Positions 33,147 to 42,283 are shown, numbered from the stretch's first letter. The stretch: DNA of 64,000 nt from a candidate division WWE3 bacterium UBA1401 (GCA_002305115.1 DBQF01000001.1:10286-74285), one strand, 5' to 3'. The notes: generated by a model not told the origin, from the sequence alone. A program made the numbers and translations.

Positions 33147-34646
33147 CTACCTTCCAACAAACTCCATGGGAGATAAAATTTTGCCATTAACATTTAGAGA
33201 AATTATATCAAACGCCAGCTCTGTCTTTTTGGTGCTATCAATCTCAATAGTATAGGAACCATCTGCCAAAGGGGTGCTTATTGAAAACTGACCCAGCGAA
33301 TTAGTTTTAAGAGCTCTGACCGGATCGCCATCAGAGTTTTTAATGATAAGGACCAAATCTGTTAAGGGTCTGCCTTTGGTATCTTTAACAATACCAGAAA
33401 TGATATTGGGCACTTTATTTGGAGGGAGCTGTGTTACTACCATACCCGGTGCCTTGTGCTCTGGCTTGTGTTCTTCTTTTCGCGGCACCTGCTCAGTTTT
33501 AGCTTCCACCGAGGCTGCGGGGGCGGGATTACGTTCAGTTTCAGGTATGTGTTCAACAGGCGCTGATACAGGTTGGGGTACGTCTTCCGCAGACTGGGCA
33601 ATTTCCTTACGTAACTCCTTAACCTGTTTATATACTTCCTCTTTACGCTTAGCAGGCACATGCCTGCCGGTGGCCACGCTTTCTTCTTTCTTTAGTTGTG
33701 TAAGTAGTTTTACCAATTGTTCGGTCTTATCTTTTATATCTTCCTCCACATTAACTTCTTCCCGGGTTTTAAGTATCTTTTCATTCCTTATCGGTAAAAC
33801 TATTTGGCCCTTGCCAGGTGCCAAGTTAACAAACCTTCTACCGGCATGTCTATCCGGAGTTATAGGTGACAAAGGTATTTCATCAACAAATCGTTTCCTG
33901 GGAAGTGTCAGTTTAGGCTGTTTTTTGGGTTCGGGTTGACTGGGGGGAACAGGCTTAACGAAAACAGTAGCAGCCTGTGGCTTCATGTCAACAGGCTGTT
34001 TAGGTGCTTCTTGCGCGGAAACTTTAGGCGTCTCTACAGGTTTGGAAGCTTCGGATGGTACGGGCTGTGGTACAGGTTCACTTTTAGCCTGTGGTTGTGC
34101 AGGGGCAGCTACCGGAACTGAGACTGCAGGAACAGGCTCAACTGCGGCAAAGGCTTTCCTAACCTTATCAACATAATCAATCTCAGGAATATCCAAAATA
34201 TCAACCTTTTGTTCTACGTCTCTAGTTTGCAAATATTCTTCTAGTTTTCTACGGCTGGAAGTAGGAGCTAGCGTGATAAGTTCCTGATTTACCATGGCTA
34301 CGCTCTGCTGAATAAAAGCTGCGGGCAAGTAAGCTTTTTTCTTCCAAACCCGCTGACTTGGTGAATAAACAGATTTCAAAAAGTTAGCTATCCACTCATC
34401 TAGACCCCTATCCTGTAAGGGCAGAAATGCAAAAGCAACACCAAACAAAGAAAAGGATACAACCATGAAAAACTTAAAAGGATGGGGAACTACACGGAAA
34501 AAAATATACGCAGGCACACAAAACACCAAGAGATACATAAATTGCCGCATCGTTAAACTACCTATCAACTTGAACTCTACGTCCATGATGTTTTGAGGTA
34601 CAGCGTGTTGTTCGTTAGTTTTTTGAGCCTGTTCCCTAATGGGCAT
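33147..34646 (-). CDS. PrgI/VirB3-like membrane protein with a Pro-rich linker and a C-terminal carboxypeptidase-regulatory-like beta domain
   Basis: The N-terminus has a 2-TM hairpin (...FKLIGSLTMRQFMYLLVFCVPAYIFF...FSLFGVAFAFLPLQDRGLDEWI), as in PrgI-family proteins. The C-terminus reads ISGIVKDTKGRPL...GSYTIEID. Confidence 0.5.
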   Translation of the reverse strand: MPIREQAQKTNEQHAVPQNIMDVEFKLIGSLTMRQFMYLLVFCVPAYIFFRVVPHPFKFFMVVSFSLFGVAFAFLPLQDRGLDEWIANFLKSVYSPSQRVWKKKAYLPAAFIQQSVAMVNQELITLAPTSSRRKLEEYLQTRDVEQKVDILDIPEIDYVDKVRKAFAAVEPVPAVSVPVAAPAQPQAKSEPVPQPVPSEASKPVETPKVSAQEAPKQPVDMKPQAATVFVKPVPPSQPEPKKQPKLTLPRKRFVDEIPLSPITPDRHAGRRFVNLAPGKGQIVLPIRNEKILKTREEVNVEEDIKDKTEQLVKLLTQLKKEESVATGRHVPAKRKEEVYKQVKELRKEIAQSAEDVPQPVSAPVEHIPETERNPAPAASVEAKTEQVPRKEEHKPEHKAPGMVVTQLPPNKVPNIISGIVKDTKGRPLTDLVLIIKNSDGDPVRALKTNSLGQFSISTPLADGSYTIEIDSTKKTELAFDIISLNVNGKILSPMEFVGR

Positions 34647-34678
34647 AGCAGATGATTATATCTGATTAGGAGCTCCTA

Positions 34679-35923
34679 TTACAAATTAGTTATTAAGTTA
34701 TCAAAAGTTGTAAAAACGCTTTCGGAACTATTGCGTCTCTTCCATTCTAACTTATCCTCTGTTTTCGCAGAAACAATAATTCGGTGCGGAATACCAATCA
34801 AATCTGCGTCAGATAATTTTTCGCCGTTAGAAACATCGTCTCTATCATCAAACAGTACTTCTATATCGGCTGAAAGCAACTGATCATAAACTGCAAACGC
34901 TTTGGTTCTCACCACATCATTATCCATACCAAGCCCAACTAAGTGGACTTTAAAGGGTGCTATGGCTTCCGGCCACATAATACCTTTATCATCGTGAAAA
35001 AGTTCTACTGCCGTTCCCATCGAACGTGAAGGCGCTATACCATAGCTTCCCATAATAACCGGCTGCACACTACCATCAACATCTGTATAGCTAAGTCCAA
35101 GCGGGCTGGAAAACTTAGTACCCAGCCTAAAAATGTTGCCGACTTCAATAGCACGTACTTCTTCCAAAGAGGTTTTATCAACTCCCAAATCTGCCAAAAC
35201 CTCATCGGTATAAACTTCCTTGTTAACCGCAATACCTTTCGCCCTATCAAGATAAATAGTGTCTTCGCCATTTGGGCAAAGGGTCTGAAACTCATGGCTA
35301 TATTTGCTGAAAGCACCCCCGCTGGCAAAAGTTAAGAAGGTATAGTCACCAAAGCCTAATCTGTTGAAAATAGTGTGATAAGCCTGTTTAGCTTGTTCAT
35401 AAAAGGTGTCCAGGTCTTCCTGTGTTTTACTAAAGGAATATAAATCCTTCATAATAAATTCTCTGGTACGGAGTAAGCCACTTTTCGCACGCGTTTCATT
35501 CCTGAATTTCAACTGGAATTGATAAACATACACGGGTAAATCTTTGTAAGAAGCGATATGCTGAGTCATTAAAGCTGTTAACGGCTCTTCGTGAGTAGGT
35601 GCAAGCCCCACTTCAGAACCAGCTTGCAGATTAGTTTTAAACCAAACATCTATAGAACCATCGGCCCAACGGTTCGTAGCCTCCCAAACTGCAGGGTTTT
35701 GCAGCGAGCCCAACAGTACTTCCTGACCACCAATAGCATTCATTTCTTCCCGAATAATATCAATTATCTTATCTAAGACACGCTTGCCTAAGGGCAAAAA
35801 GGCATAAACTCCCGCCATCTCCTTGTGAATAAACCCCGCTTTGATTAAAAGCTGGGCATTAAGACTTACCTCATCTTTAGGTGCCTCTTTTTTAGTTTTA
35901 GTAAAAAGTTGTGAATAAAGCAT
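34679..35923 (-). CDS. proS: prolyl-tRNA synthetase (short form without insertion/editing domain)
   Basis: Class II motifs are present. The N-terminus reads LYSQLFTKTKKEAPKDEVSLNAQLLIKAGFI, and ...FRNETRAKSGLLRTREFIMKDLYSF is also present. 414 aa. Confidence 0.9.
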   Translation of the reverse strand: MLYSQLFTKTKKEAPKDEVSLNAQLLIKAGFIHKEMAGVYAFLPLGKRVLDKIIDIIREEMNAIGGQEVLLGSLQNPAVWEATNRWADGSIDVWFKTNLQAGSEVGLAPTHEEPLTALMTQHIASYKDLPVYVYQFQLKFRNETRAKSGLLRTREFIMKDLYSFSKTQEDLDTFYEQAKQAYHTIFNRLGFGDYTFLTFASGGAFSKYSHEFQTLCPNGEDTIYLDRAKGIAVNKEVYTDEVLADLGVDKTSLEEVRAIEVGNIFRLGTKFSSPLGLSYTDVDGSVQPVIMGSYGIAPSRSMGTAVELFHDDKGIMWPEAIAPFKVHLVGLGMDNDVVRTKAFAVYDQLLSADIEVLFDDRDDVSNGEKLSDADLIGIPHRIIVSAKTEDKLEWKRRNSSESVFTTFDNLITNL

Positions 35924-35957
35924 TTAAACTAGTATATACCATAAATTCACATAAATC

Positions 35958-35966
35958 TGCTATAAT
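35958..35966 (+). promoter_or_regulatory. Perfect extended -10 (TGcTATAAT)
   Basis: Read directly from the proS/DUF1232 divergent spacer. It would drive the plus-strand DUF1232-valS unit. Confidence 0.4.
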
Positions 35967-36039
35967 CAGGCAAATTAACGGCGGTTTGGTAACCACCAAG
36001 TTTATGGAGCCTCTCAGCTACTGGGAGGTATTTTTGATC

Positions 36040-36291
36040 ATGACTGCAAAAAAAGACTTTACAACATTCATTAAAAGAAATTGGCGGATCCTTTTGGCTA
36101 TTGTTTACCTGCTATCTCCCATAGATATCTTGCCAGATTTTATTGCAGGACTGGGCATTAGCGACGATATCCTGGTCCTTTTGGCAACTTTATTTATAGA
36201 ATATAGAAGATATACCAAAGAAAAAAAGGAACACGCAATTCAGGAAGGCGAGCTGATAGGAGACGAGGAAGATAATAAAGATGCTAGATAA
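36040..36291 (+). CDS. YkvA/DUF1232 family membrane protein
   Basis: The motif LLSPIDILPDFIAGLGISDDILV is the DUF1232 signature. The start is uncertain (36004 or 36040); the track start at 35911 lies inside the proS promoter region. Confidence 0.6.
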   Translation: MTAKKDFTTFIKRNWRILLAIVYLLSPIDILPDFIAGLGISDDILVLLATLFIEYRRYTKEKKEHAIQEGELIGDEEDNKDAR

Positions 36292-38554
36292 AAGATACGA
36301 CCATAATCAAACCGAACAAGAGATATATCAACTGTGGTTGGATTTGGGAGTATTTAGCCCGGAACGCCAGATAGCGCTACTAGAAAAGCACGGTATAAAA
36401 CCGAAAAATAAAACTTTCTCTGTTCTAATGCCACCGCCAAACGCCAATGCGCCGTTACACATGGGGCACGCCACATACACTATTCAGGATCTTATGACAC
36501 GCTATAAACGTATGCAAGGGTTTAAAACAGTGTATGTGCCGGGAACAGATCACGCAGGGTTTGAGACGCAGGTGGTGTATGAACGACTACTAAAGAAACA
36601 GCAAAAATCAAGGTTCGATTTTGACAGAAAAACATTGTTTGAAGACATTCTGGCCTTTGTTAAAGAGAATTCCGGAGTAGCAATTCAACAACTAAAAAGA
36701 TTAGGCATGAGTGCAGACTGGAGCAGGTTAACTTTTATGCTGGACAAACAGGTAATTAAAACTGTGTATGATACATTCAAAAAACTGCACGAAGACGGGC
36801 TTGTGTATAGAGACTTTTATTTAGTCAATTATTCGCCACATCACGGCACAACCTTCAGTAATTTGGAAACTGAACATATAGAAAAAACTACTTGTCTCTA
36901 CTTTGTTAATTACAAGGTAAAAAACAGTGAAGAAGTGATAACTGTAGCAACCGTTAGACCAGAAACCATATTTGCAGACACTGCTATTGCAGTAAATCCC
37001 CAAGATAAGAGGTACAAGAAACTAGTAGATAAAACTGTTATTAACCCATTAACTGGCAAAGAAATGCCTGTTATTGCAGATGATGCCGTTGACATGGAAT
37101 TTGGTACAGGTGCTCTAAAAATTACCCCAGGCCACGACTTTACAGATTATGAAATAGGAAAAAAACATAACCTGGAAATAATTTCTATTATTAATCTGGA
37201 AGGCAAACTGCAAGGCACTGGCACAGAAGTTGATGGATTAAGAGTAAAACAGGCTAGAGAAAAAACTGTAGAAATTTTGAAAGAAAAAGGAGCGTTAGCA
37301 AGAATTAATGAGAATTACGTACATAACTTACTGGTAGATTACAAAGACAAATTGCCCATAGAGCCAATGCTACTACCAAACTGGTTTGTAAGAGTAGATG
37401 GTATGGCACAACAAACTATTAGGGCCGTGGAAGAAAATAAAGTTAAGTTCAATAAACCAGTATGGAAAAAAGAAATGCTAAGGTGGTTAAAAGATATTAG
37501 AGATTGGCCAATTAGCAGGCAAATTGTTTTTGGTATAAGAATCCCTGTCTGGTACAACGTGGAGGAGACTAAAAATGTTTTTGTTACTTTTCTGGATAAC
37601 CAGGGTAATTCACATGAACTGTTATTGGAAAATGCCCTGACAGAAGGCTTTACTATCGAAGAAATAAGAGAGGGTTTACAAAAATTAATTGCACCCACCA
37701 ATGCAAAATACGTGATTGCGGAAGAACTTCCGGGGGACAGCTACTTACCTGAAACAGATACTTTTGATACTTGGTTTAGCTCAGGCCAGTGGCCATTAAC
37801 TACATTAAAATACCCCGACGGAGAAGACTTTAAAGAATTTTTCCCAACCTCCTTTATGGATACAATGTGGGATATTTTGTTCTTCTGGATTGCCCGAATG
37901 CTTATGTTTAGCCTGTATCTTACAGAGCAGGTGCCATTTAGACAGGTGTATATACATGGAATGGTCACAGACGAACATGGTCAGAAAATGAGCAAAAGTA
38001 AGGGCAATGTAATTAACCCAATGGATTTTATCGAAAAGTATGGCGCAGACGCCCTAAGAATGGGCATTTTGGTAGGAGGGAACACAGCAGCTAGAGAGTT
38101 TAGCCTAAGCGAAGATAAGGTCAGGGGGTATAGAAATTTTGCCAATAAAATTTGGAATATGGCTAGATTTATTTTAGGCATGGTAGAGCAGAGTGATAAA
38201 TCAATACCCAATTTTAATGAAGCTGTAAGGGAAAAGTGTACCGCAGAAGACACAAAAATATTAGAGGAACTTGCTATTTTGATAACAGATGTTAATAACA
38301 GTTTTAAGAGACTAAGGTTTACAGACGCGGGTAATGCTATTTATCATTTTATGTGGCATAGGCTAGCTGACGAATATATTGAGCACGTGAAAAATAGGGA
38401 AGATAAGGACGTGGCACTTTCGGTGTTGACTTATTGTTACAACACTTGTTTGAAGTTATTACACCCATTTATGCCTTTTGTAACGGAAAAGATTTGGGAA
38501 AATATGCCTAAAGAAAAATCTATACCCCTTATTATCGCCCCCTGGCCGAAATAA
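36281..38554 (+). CDS. valS: valyl-tRNA synthetase (lacks the C-terminal coiled-coil extension)
   Basis: The class I HIGH-type motif is PPPNANAPLHMGHA and the KMSKS motif is KMSKSKGN. The editing-domain region is present. 757 aa. Confidence 0.95.
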   Translation: MLDKRYDHNQTEQEIYQLWLDLGVFSPERQIALLEKHGIKPKNKTFSVLMPPPNANAPLHMGHATYTIQDLMTRYKRMQGFKTVYVPGTDHAGFETQVVYERLLKKQQKSRFDFDRKTLFEDILAFVKENSGVAIQQLKRLGMSADWSRLTFMLDKQVIKTVYDTFKKLHEDGLVYRDFYLVNYSPHHGTTFSNLETEHIEKTTCLYFVNYKVKNSEEVITVATVRPETIFADTAIAVNPQDKRYKKLVDKTVINPLTGKEMPVIADDAVDMEFGTGALKITPGHDFTDYEIGKKHNLEIISIINLEGKLQGTGTEVDGLRVKQAREKTVEILKEKGALARINENYVHNLLVDYKDKLPIEPMLLPNWFVRVDGMAQQTIRAVEENKVKFNKPVWKKEMLRWLKDIRDWPISRQIVFGIRIPVWYNVEETKNVFVTFLDNQGNSHELLLENALTEGFTIEEIREGLQKLIAPTNAKYVIAEELPGDSYLPETDTFDTWFSSGQWPLTTLKYPDGEDFKEFFPTSFMDTMWDILFFWIARMLMFSLYLTEQVPFRQVYIHGMVTDEHGQKMSKSKGNVINPMDFIEKYGADALRMGILVGGNTAAREFSLSEDKVRGYRNFANKIWNMARFILGMVEQSDKSIPNFNEAVREKCTAEDTKILEELAILITDVNNSFKRLRFTDAGNAIYHFMWHRLADEYIEHVKNREDKDVALSVLTYCYNTCLKLLHPFMPFVTEKIWENMPKEKSIPLIIAPWPK

Positions 38555-38560
38555 CGGCTA

Positions 38561-38587
38561 ACCCGCCTATGTTCCACTACGGCGGGT
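38561..38587. other. GC-rich hairpin ACCCGCC-N13-GGCGGGT, related to the hairpin at 20430-20445
   Basis: 7-bp stem directly after the valS stop. It shares CCCGCC...CTACGGCGGG with the GIY-YIG flank. No U-tract. Confidence 0.55.
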
Positions 38588-38620
38588 AAGCTACTTACAA
38601 GGGAATCCATATAAAATGTA

Positions 38621-38648
38621 AGTTAGTAGTTAGTAGTTAGTAGTTACT
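38621..38648. repeat. Four tandem copies of the heptamer AGTTAGT (last copy with one mismatch) overlapping the rplY stop
   Basis: The sequence is agttagt agttagt agttagt agttact. This gives TAG in all 3 plus frames and TAA in all 3 minus frames. Confidence 0.9.
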
Positions 38649-39318
38649 CCGTGGCTTCTGCAGCTCCTTCACCTTCTGCTTCTTCAGCAGTCTCCTCAGT
38701 AGCGGTAACACCCTCAATAAGCTCTTCTTCAGTCACTTCTTCTTCCTCAACCTCTTCTTCATAAACAGCAGAGTCTAGTTTCACAACAGGTTCATCATCT
38801 TCCTGCCCAACAATCTCTACCTTTTCCCTATCGTACTCAAGCTGAGCAACAGTAATAACATCACCAATTTCTTTTAAGTTAGAAACGTCAACTACAAAAG
38901 CCTGGGGTAAATCTGTTGGTAAAGCCTCTACCGTAATTTCACCAAGAACAGTTAAGACCAAGGCATCACCGCTTTTAACCAGCGCATTTTCTTCTTCACC
39001 TATTACTTCCACAGGAATTTGAGCCTCAATTTTCTCAGTAAGATCAACCTTGATAAACCCAACGTGAATAATATTGCCAGAAACAGGATCTCTTTGAATA
39101 TCTTTTACTAAAACACTTTCTTTTCTGTCACCAATAGCAAGATCTATAACGGAAGTTTCTCCGGCTTCGGCAAAAACGTGATTAAAGTTTACAAAATCAA
39201 CAACAATAGGAAAGGATTCAATATCACCCCCGTACATTACTGCCGGGATTTTACGGTCTTGTCTAAGCTTTTTTGTTTTTTTGCCAAGTAAAGTTCTTGG
39301 CTGTGCAATAATTTCCAT
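38644..39318 (-). CDS. rplY: 50S ribosomal protein L25/general stress protein Ctc
   Basis: The N-terminus RTLLGKKTKKLRQDRKIPAVMYGG is typical of L25. Two-domain Ctc form with an acidic tail. Confidence 0.9.
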   Translation of the reverse strand: MEIIAQPRTLLGKKTKKLRQDRKIPAVMYGGDIESFPIVVDFVNFNHVFAEAGETSVIDLAIGDRKESVLVKDIQRDPVSGNIIHVGFIKVDLTEKIEAQIPVEVIGEEENALVKSGDALVLTVLGEITVEALPTDLPQAFVVDVSNLKEIGDVITVAQLEYDREKVEIVGQEDDEPVVKLDSAVYEEEVEEEEVTEEELIEGVTATEETAEEAEGEGAAEATE

Positions 39319-39617
39319 ATATTTTTCCTTTTTAAGGCTTTATGTAGCTCTAGTATTTCACTATAGCTTATCATTCCCCTTGTCATAAAATGCTTTAGTT
39401 CCATCGCCGTCAGATCTGTTAACAAAGGTACGGTGCCAATGCCGGCAGGGGTTAGCGTTACAATACTCTGAGCGTGACACTTGGGGCAAACTACGTGCGC
39501 AACAAGTGCAACCGATGCTTGAGTTAAGGGAGCCAGATTAGATTTATCCAACGGGGCGCCACACTTATAGCAAGTAATCTTGCTTAAATTATCTTGTAAA
39601 CTTAACGTGCTTAACAT
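39237..39617 (-). CDS. hypothetical zinc-ribbon protein
   Basis: 126 aa with a CxxC...CxxC pattern (CYKCGAPL ... CPKCHA). The last 27 codons overlap the rplY 5' end in another frame. Confidence 0.4.
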   Translation of the reverse strand: MLSTLSLQDNLSKITCYKCGAPLDKSNLAPLTQASVALVAHVVCPKCHAQSIVTLTPAGIGTVPLLTDLTAMELKHFMTRGMISYSEILELHKALKRKNIWKLLHSQELYLAKKQKSLDKTVKSRQ

Positions 39618-39641
39618 AACTCAAGTTTATCAGAACGTGGG

Positions 39642-42278
39642 TCATTCTACTGCATCTACGGCCTCGCAGTCAAGCTGACGCTGACAACGTCGCTTAAGCT
39701 CCCACAACAAATTCAGAGCTTCCAAAGAAGTCAGATTTTCCAGATCAAGTGTCACTATAATATCTCTAAGATCATCCGACAAGGATTTGTCTGAATTATT
39801 ACTATCACTAGGCTTCTTGTCAATATCCCTGATTTCAAGTTCGTTTAGAACTTGCAAGGCGCGCGTGGTTACAGCTTCTGGCACACCTGCAAGTTTGGCT
39901 ACAGCAATACCATAACTATGATCCGCGGCACCTCTTACAACTTTATGCAAAAACACAGGTCCACCATCTTGTTCATGCGCAAGAACCTGATAATTCTTTA
40001 TTTTGGTAGGATACTGCTCCTCTAAGGCTTGCAGTTCATGATAGTGTGTAGCAAATAGCGTTTTTGGAGATATATGTTTATTGGTGACAAGATATTCAGC
40101 GGTAGCTTGGGCTATACTTATACCATCAAAGGTACTTGTTCCCCTGCCAATCTCATCCATAATAATTAAACTCCGGTCTGTGGCGTTATTTAGAATATAA
40201 GCTGTCTCTACCATTTCTGTCATAAAGGTAGATAGCCCGGAAGCAATTACATCGCTGGCACCACTCCTAACAAATAACTTATCTACTAAGCTAATACTGG
40301 CACTTATGGCTGGCACAAAGCTACCCATCTGAGCCATCAAAACTATAAGGGCAACCTGCCGGATAAATACAGATTTTCCTGCCATATTAGGCCCTGTAAT
40401 AATCAATAACTGATGATCCTGCTGATTTAGCAATATGTCGTTTGGAACAAACTGGCTATCCTCTAAACACTGCTCTACTACAGGATGTCTGCTTTCCTTG
40501 AGCTCAATATACCCAGTAGTTGTTATATGTGGCTTTACATAGTTATTGCGCTGAGCAAGGTACGCAAAACAAGCGAGACAGTCAAGCAATGCTACGTTTT
40601 CTGCCATCTGCTGTATCTGTGATGTATATTCCAATACTTTATCTACTACATCCAGGAAAATGGCGTATTCAAGTTCCTCTATTTTTTCTTTGGCAGTCAA
40701 AATAATCTCTTCGTGCTTTTTTAGTTCTGGCGTAATAAAGCGCTCGGCATTAACTAAGGTCTGTTTACGAATATAATGTTCAGGAACTAAATGGAGGTTA
40801 GCTTTCGTAACCTCAATATAATAGCCAAAAACCTGATTATATTTCACTTTCAGTGAAGGAATGCCGGTGTTTTCTCTTTCCAAGGTTTCCATAGTAATTA
40901 CCCAATGCTGACTTCCGCTTACGGTAGAACGAAGTTCATCAAGGTCTGCGTTGATTCCACCTTTGACCAGACCACCTTTTTTCGGGTCAAGCGGAGGCTC
41001 TTCCACTATAAAAGTATCAATCAGCTTGGTAACAGCAGATAACTCTTTAGCAATAGCCTTGCGAATTTTGGTTAGCAATTCTGTAGATTCCGGAAGGTGA
41101 GTTCTTATGGCTAGGGTGGTTTCAAGGGCATATCTAAGACTGACCAAGTCCCTCGCAGTTCCTACGCCAACAGACAGCCGGGAAAGTAATCGTTCTACAT
41201 CGGTTAACTTTCTAAGCTCTTCTCTCAATGTTTCCCGTAACGGTAAATTATGTACTAGTATGTCAACGGCCTCGTGTCTTTGAGCAATAAGTGCTTTATC
41301 CGTCAAGGGATGAAGCAGCATATTTTTAAGCATTCTCGCGCCCATAGCAGTACATGTCTCATCCAAAGTTGTAAGCAAAGAACCTCTTCTTTCTCCAGTA
41401 CGCAATGTAGTAAAAAGTTCTAAATTCATTATGGTAGAACGATCTAATTCCAGATACGCAACTTTCTTGAAAGACCTGATACTAGTAATATGGCCTGCCT
41501 TACTCTTTTGCGTCTGCTTTAAGTAACCCAATAATGCTGAAGCGGCTTCTTGAGCCTGTGATTTATTCTCAAGATCAAAAGTAGTTAAGGTAGCAAGCTT
41601 GAAGTGCTCTTTTAGATGCTTATGCGGAGAGGCACTAAATACTTCCCAATCGGCATAAGGAAAAATGTTAAGGGTCTTGTGCTCGGACAACTGCTTTAAA
41701 AATGAAACATTCTCATAAAGGGAACGGGGCAAAATGCACTCGGCAGGGCTGAATTTTGCTAGCTCATTAGCAAGAGCTTCCTTAATACAAGTTACAGGAA
41801 ATTCGTCTGCATAAAAAACTCCGGTAGAAATATCCGCAAAAGCCATACCAAAATAAGCGGTTCCTAGCGAGATACTTACAATAAAGTTGTTAGCTCTTTT
41901 CTCAAGTGAAGACTCATCAAGCAAGGTACCAGGAGTAACCACTCTGATAACTTCTCTGTCTACCAATCCTTTAGCAGAAGGTTCACTAACCTGTTCGCAA
42001 ATAGCTACCTTATATCCTGCTTTTACTAGTCTGGGTAAATAAGAATTTACAGCATGGAAAGGCACACCTGCCATAGGTATTCGACCATCCTGACCCCGAT
42101 CTCTGCTTGTTAGGGCAATATCCAGCACTTCGGCAGCTATTTTGGCGTCGTCTAAAAACATCTCATAAAAATCACCTAACCTGAAAAACAGCAAGCAGTC
42201 GGCATACTGCTTTTTTATCTCGGCATATTGCTGCATCATAGGGGTAGAGAATTCGGGCATATCATTCATATGGTACAA
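39642..42278 (-). CDS. mutS: DNA mismatch repair protein MutS
   Basis: The N-terminus is TPMMQQYAEIKKQY, Walker A is GPNMAGKS, followed by DEIGRGTST and an HTH-like C-terminal region. 878 aa. Confidence 0.95.
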   Translation of the reverse strand: MYHMNDMPEFSTPMMQQYAEIKKQYADCLLFFRLGDFYEMFLDDAKIAAEVLDIALTSRDRGQDGRIPMAGVPFHAVNSYLPRLVKAGYKVAICEQVSEPSAKGLVDREVIRVVTPGTLLDESSLEKRANNFIVSISLGTAYFGMAFADISTGVFYADEFPVTCIKEALANELAKFSPAECILPRSLYENVSFLKQLSEHKTLNIFPYADWEVFSASPHKHLKEHFKLATLTTFDLENKSQAQEAASALLGYLKQTQKSKAGHITSIRSFKKVAYLELDRSTIMNLELFTTLRTGERRGSLLTTLDETCTAMGARMLKNMLLHPLTDKALIAQRHEAVDILVHNLPLRETLREELRKLTDVERLLSRLSVGVGTARDLVSLRYALETTLAIRTHLPESTELLTKIRKAIAKELSAVTKLIDTFIVEEPPLDPKKGGLVKGGINADLDELRSTVSGSQHWVITMETLERENTGIPSLKVKYNQVFGYYIEVTKANLHLVPEHYIRKQTLVNAERFITPELKKHEEIILTAKEKIEELEYAIFLDVVDKVLEYTSQIQQMAENVALLDCLACFAYLAQRNNYVKPHITTTGYIELKESRHPVVEQCLEDSQFVPNDILLNQQDHQLLIITGPNMAGKSVFIRQVALIVLMAQMGSFVPAISASISLVDKLFVRSGASDVIASGLSTFMTEMVETAYILNNATDRSLIIMDEIGRGTSTFDGISIAQATAEYLVTNKHISPKTLFATHYHELQALEEQYPTKIKNYQVLAHEQDGGPVFLHKVVRGAADHSYGIAVAKLAGVPEAVTTRALQVLNELEIRDIDKKPSDSNNSDKSLSDDLRDIIVTLDLENLTSLEALNLLWELKRRCQRQLDCEAVDAVE

Positions 42279-42283
42279 CTATT

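Noticed and set aside
33343-33939. 198-aa plus-strand ORF antisense to the PrgI-like gene, plus 33936..34121 and 33985..34176
   Set aside because: These are Cys/Ser/Gly/Thr-rich mirror translations of the Pro/Glu/Lys-rich linker on the opposite strand. They have no start-signal context. The minus-strand gene has recognisable N- and C-terminal domains.
33700-34200. Pro/Val/Ala/Glu/Lys-rich segment of the PrgI-like protein considered as a DNA tandem repeat
   Set aside because: The low complexity is at the protein level only. I could not find exact or near-exact nucleotide repeat units by eye.
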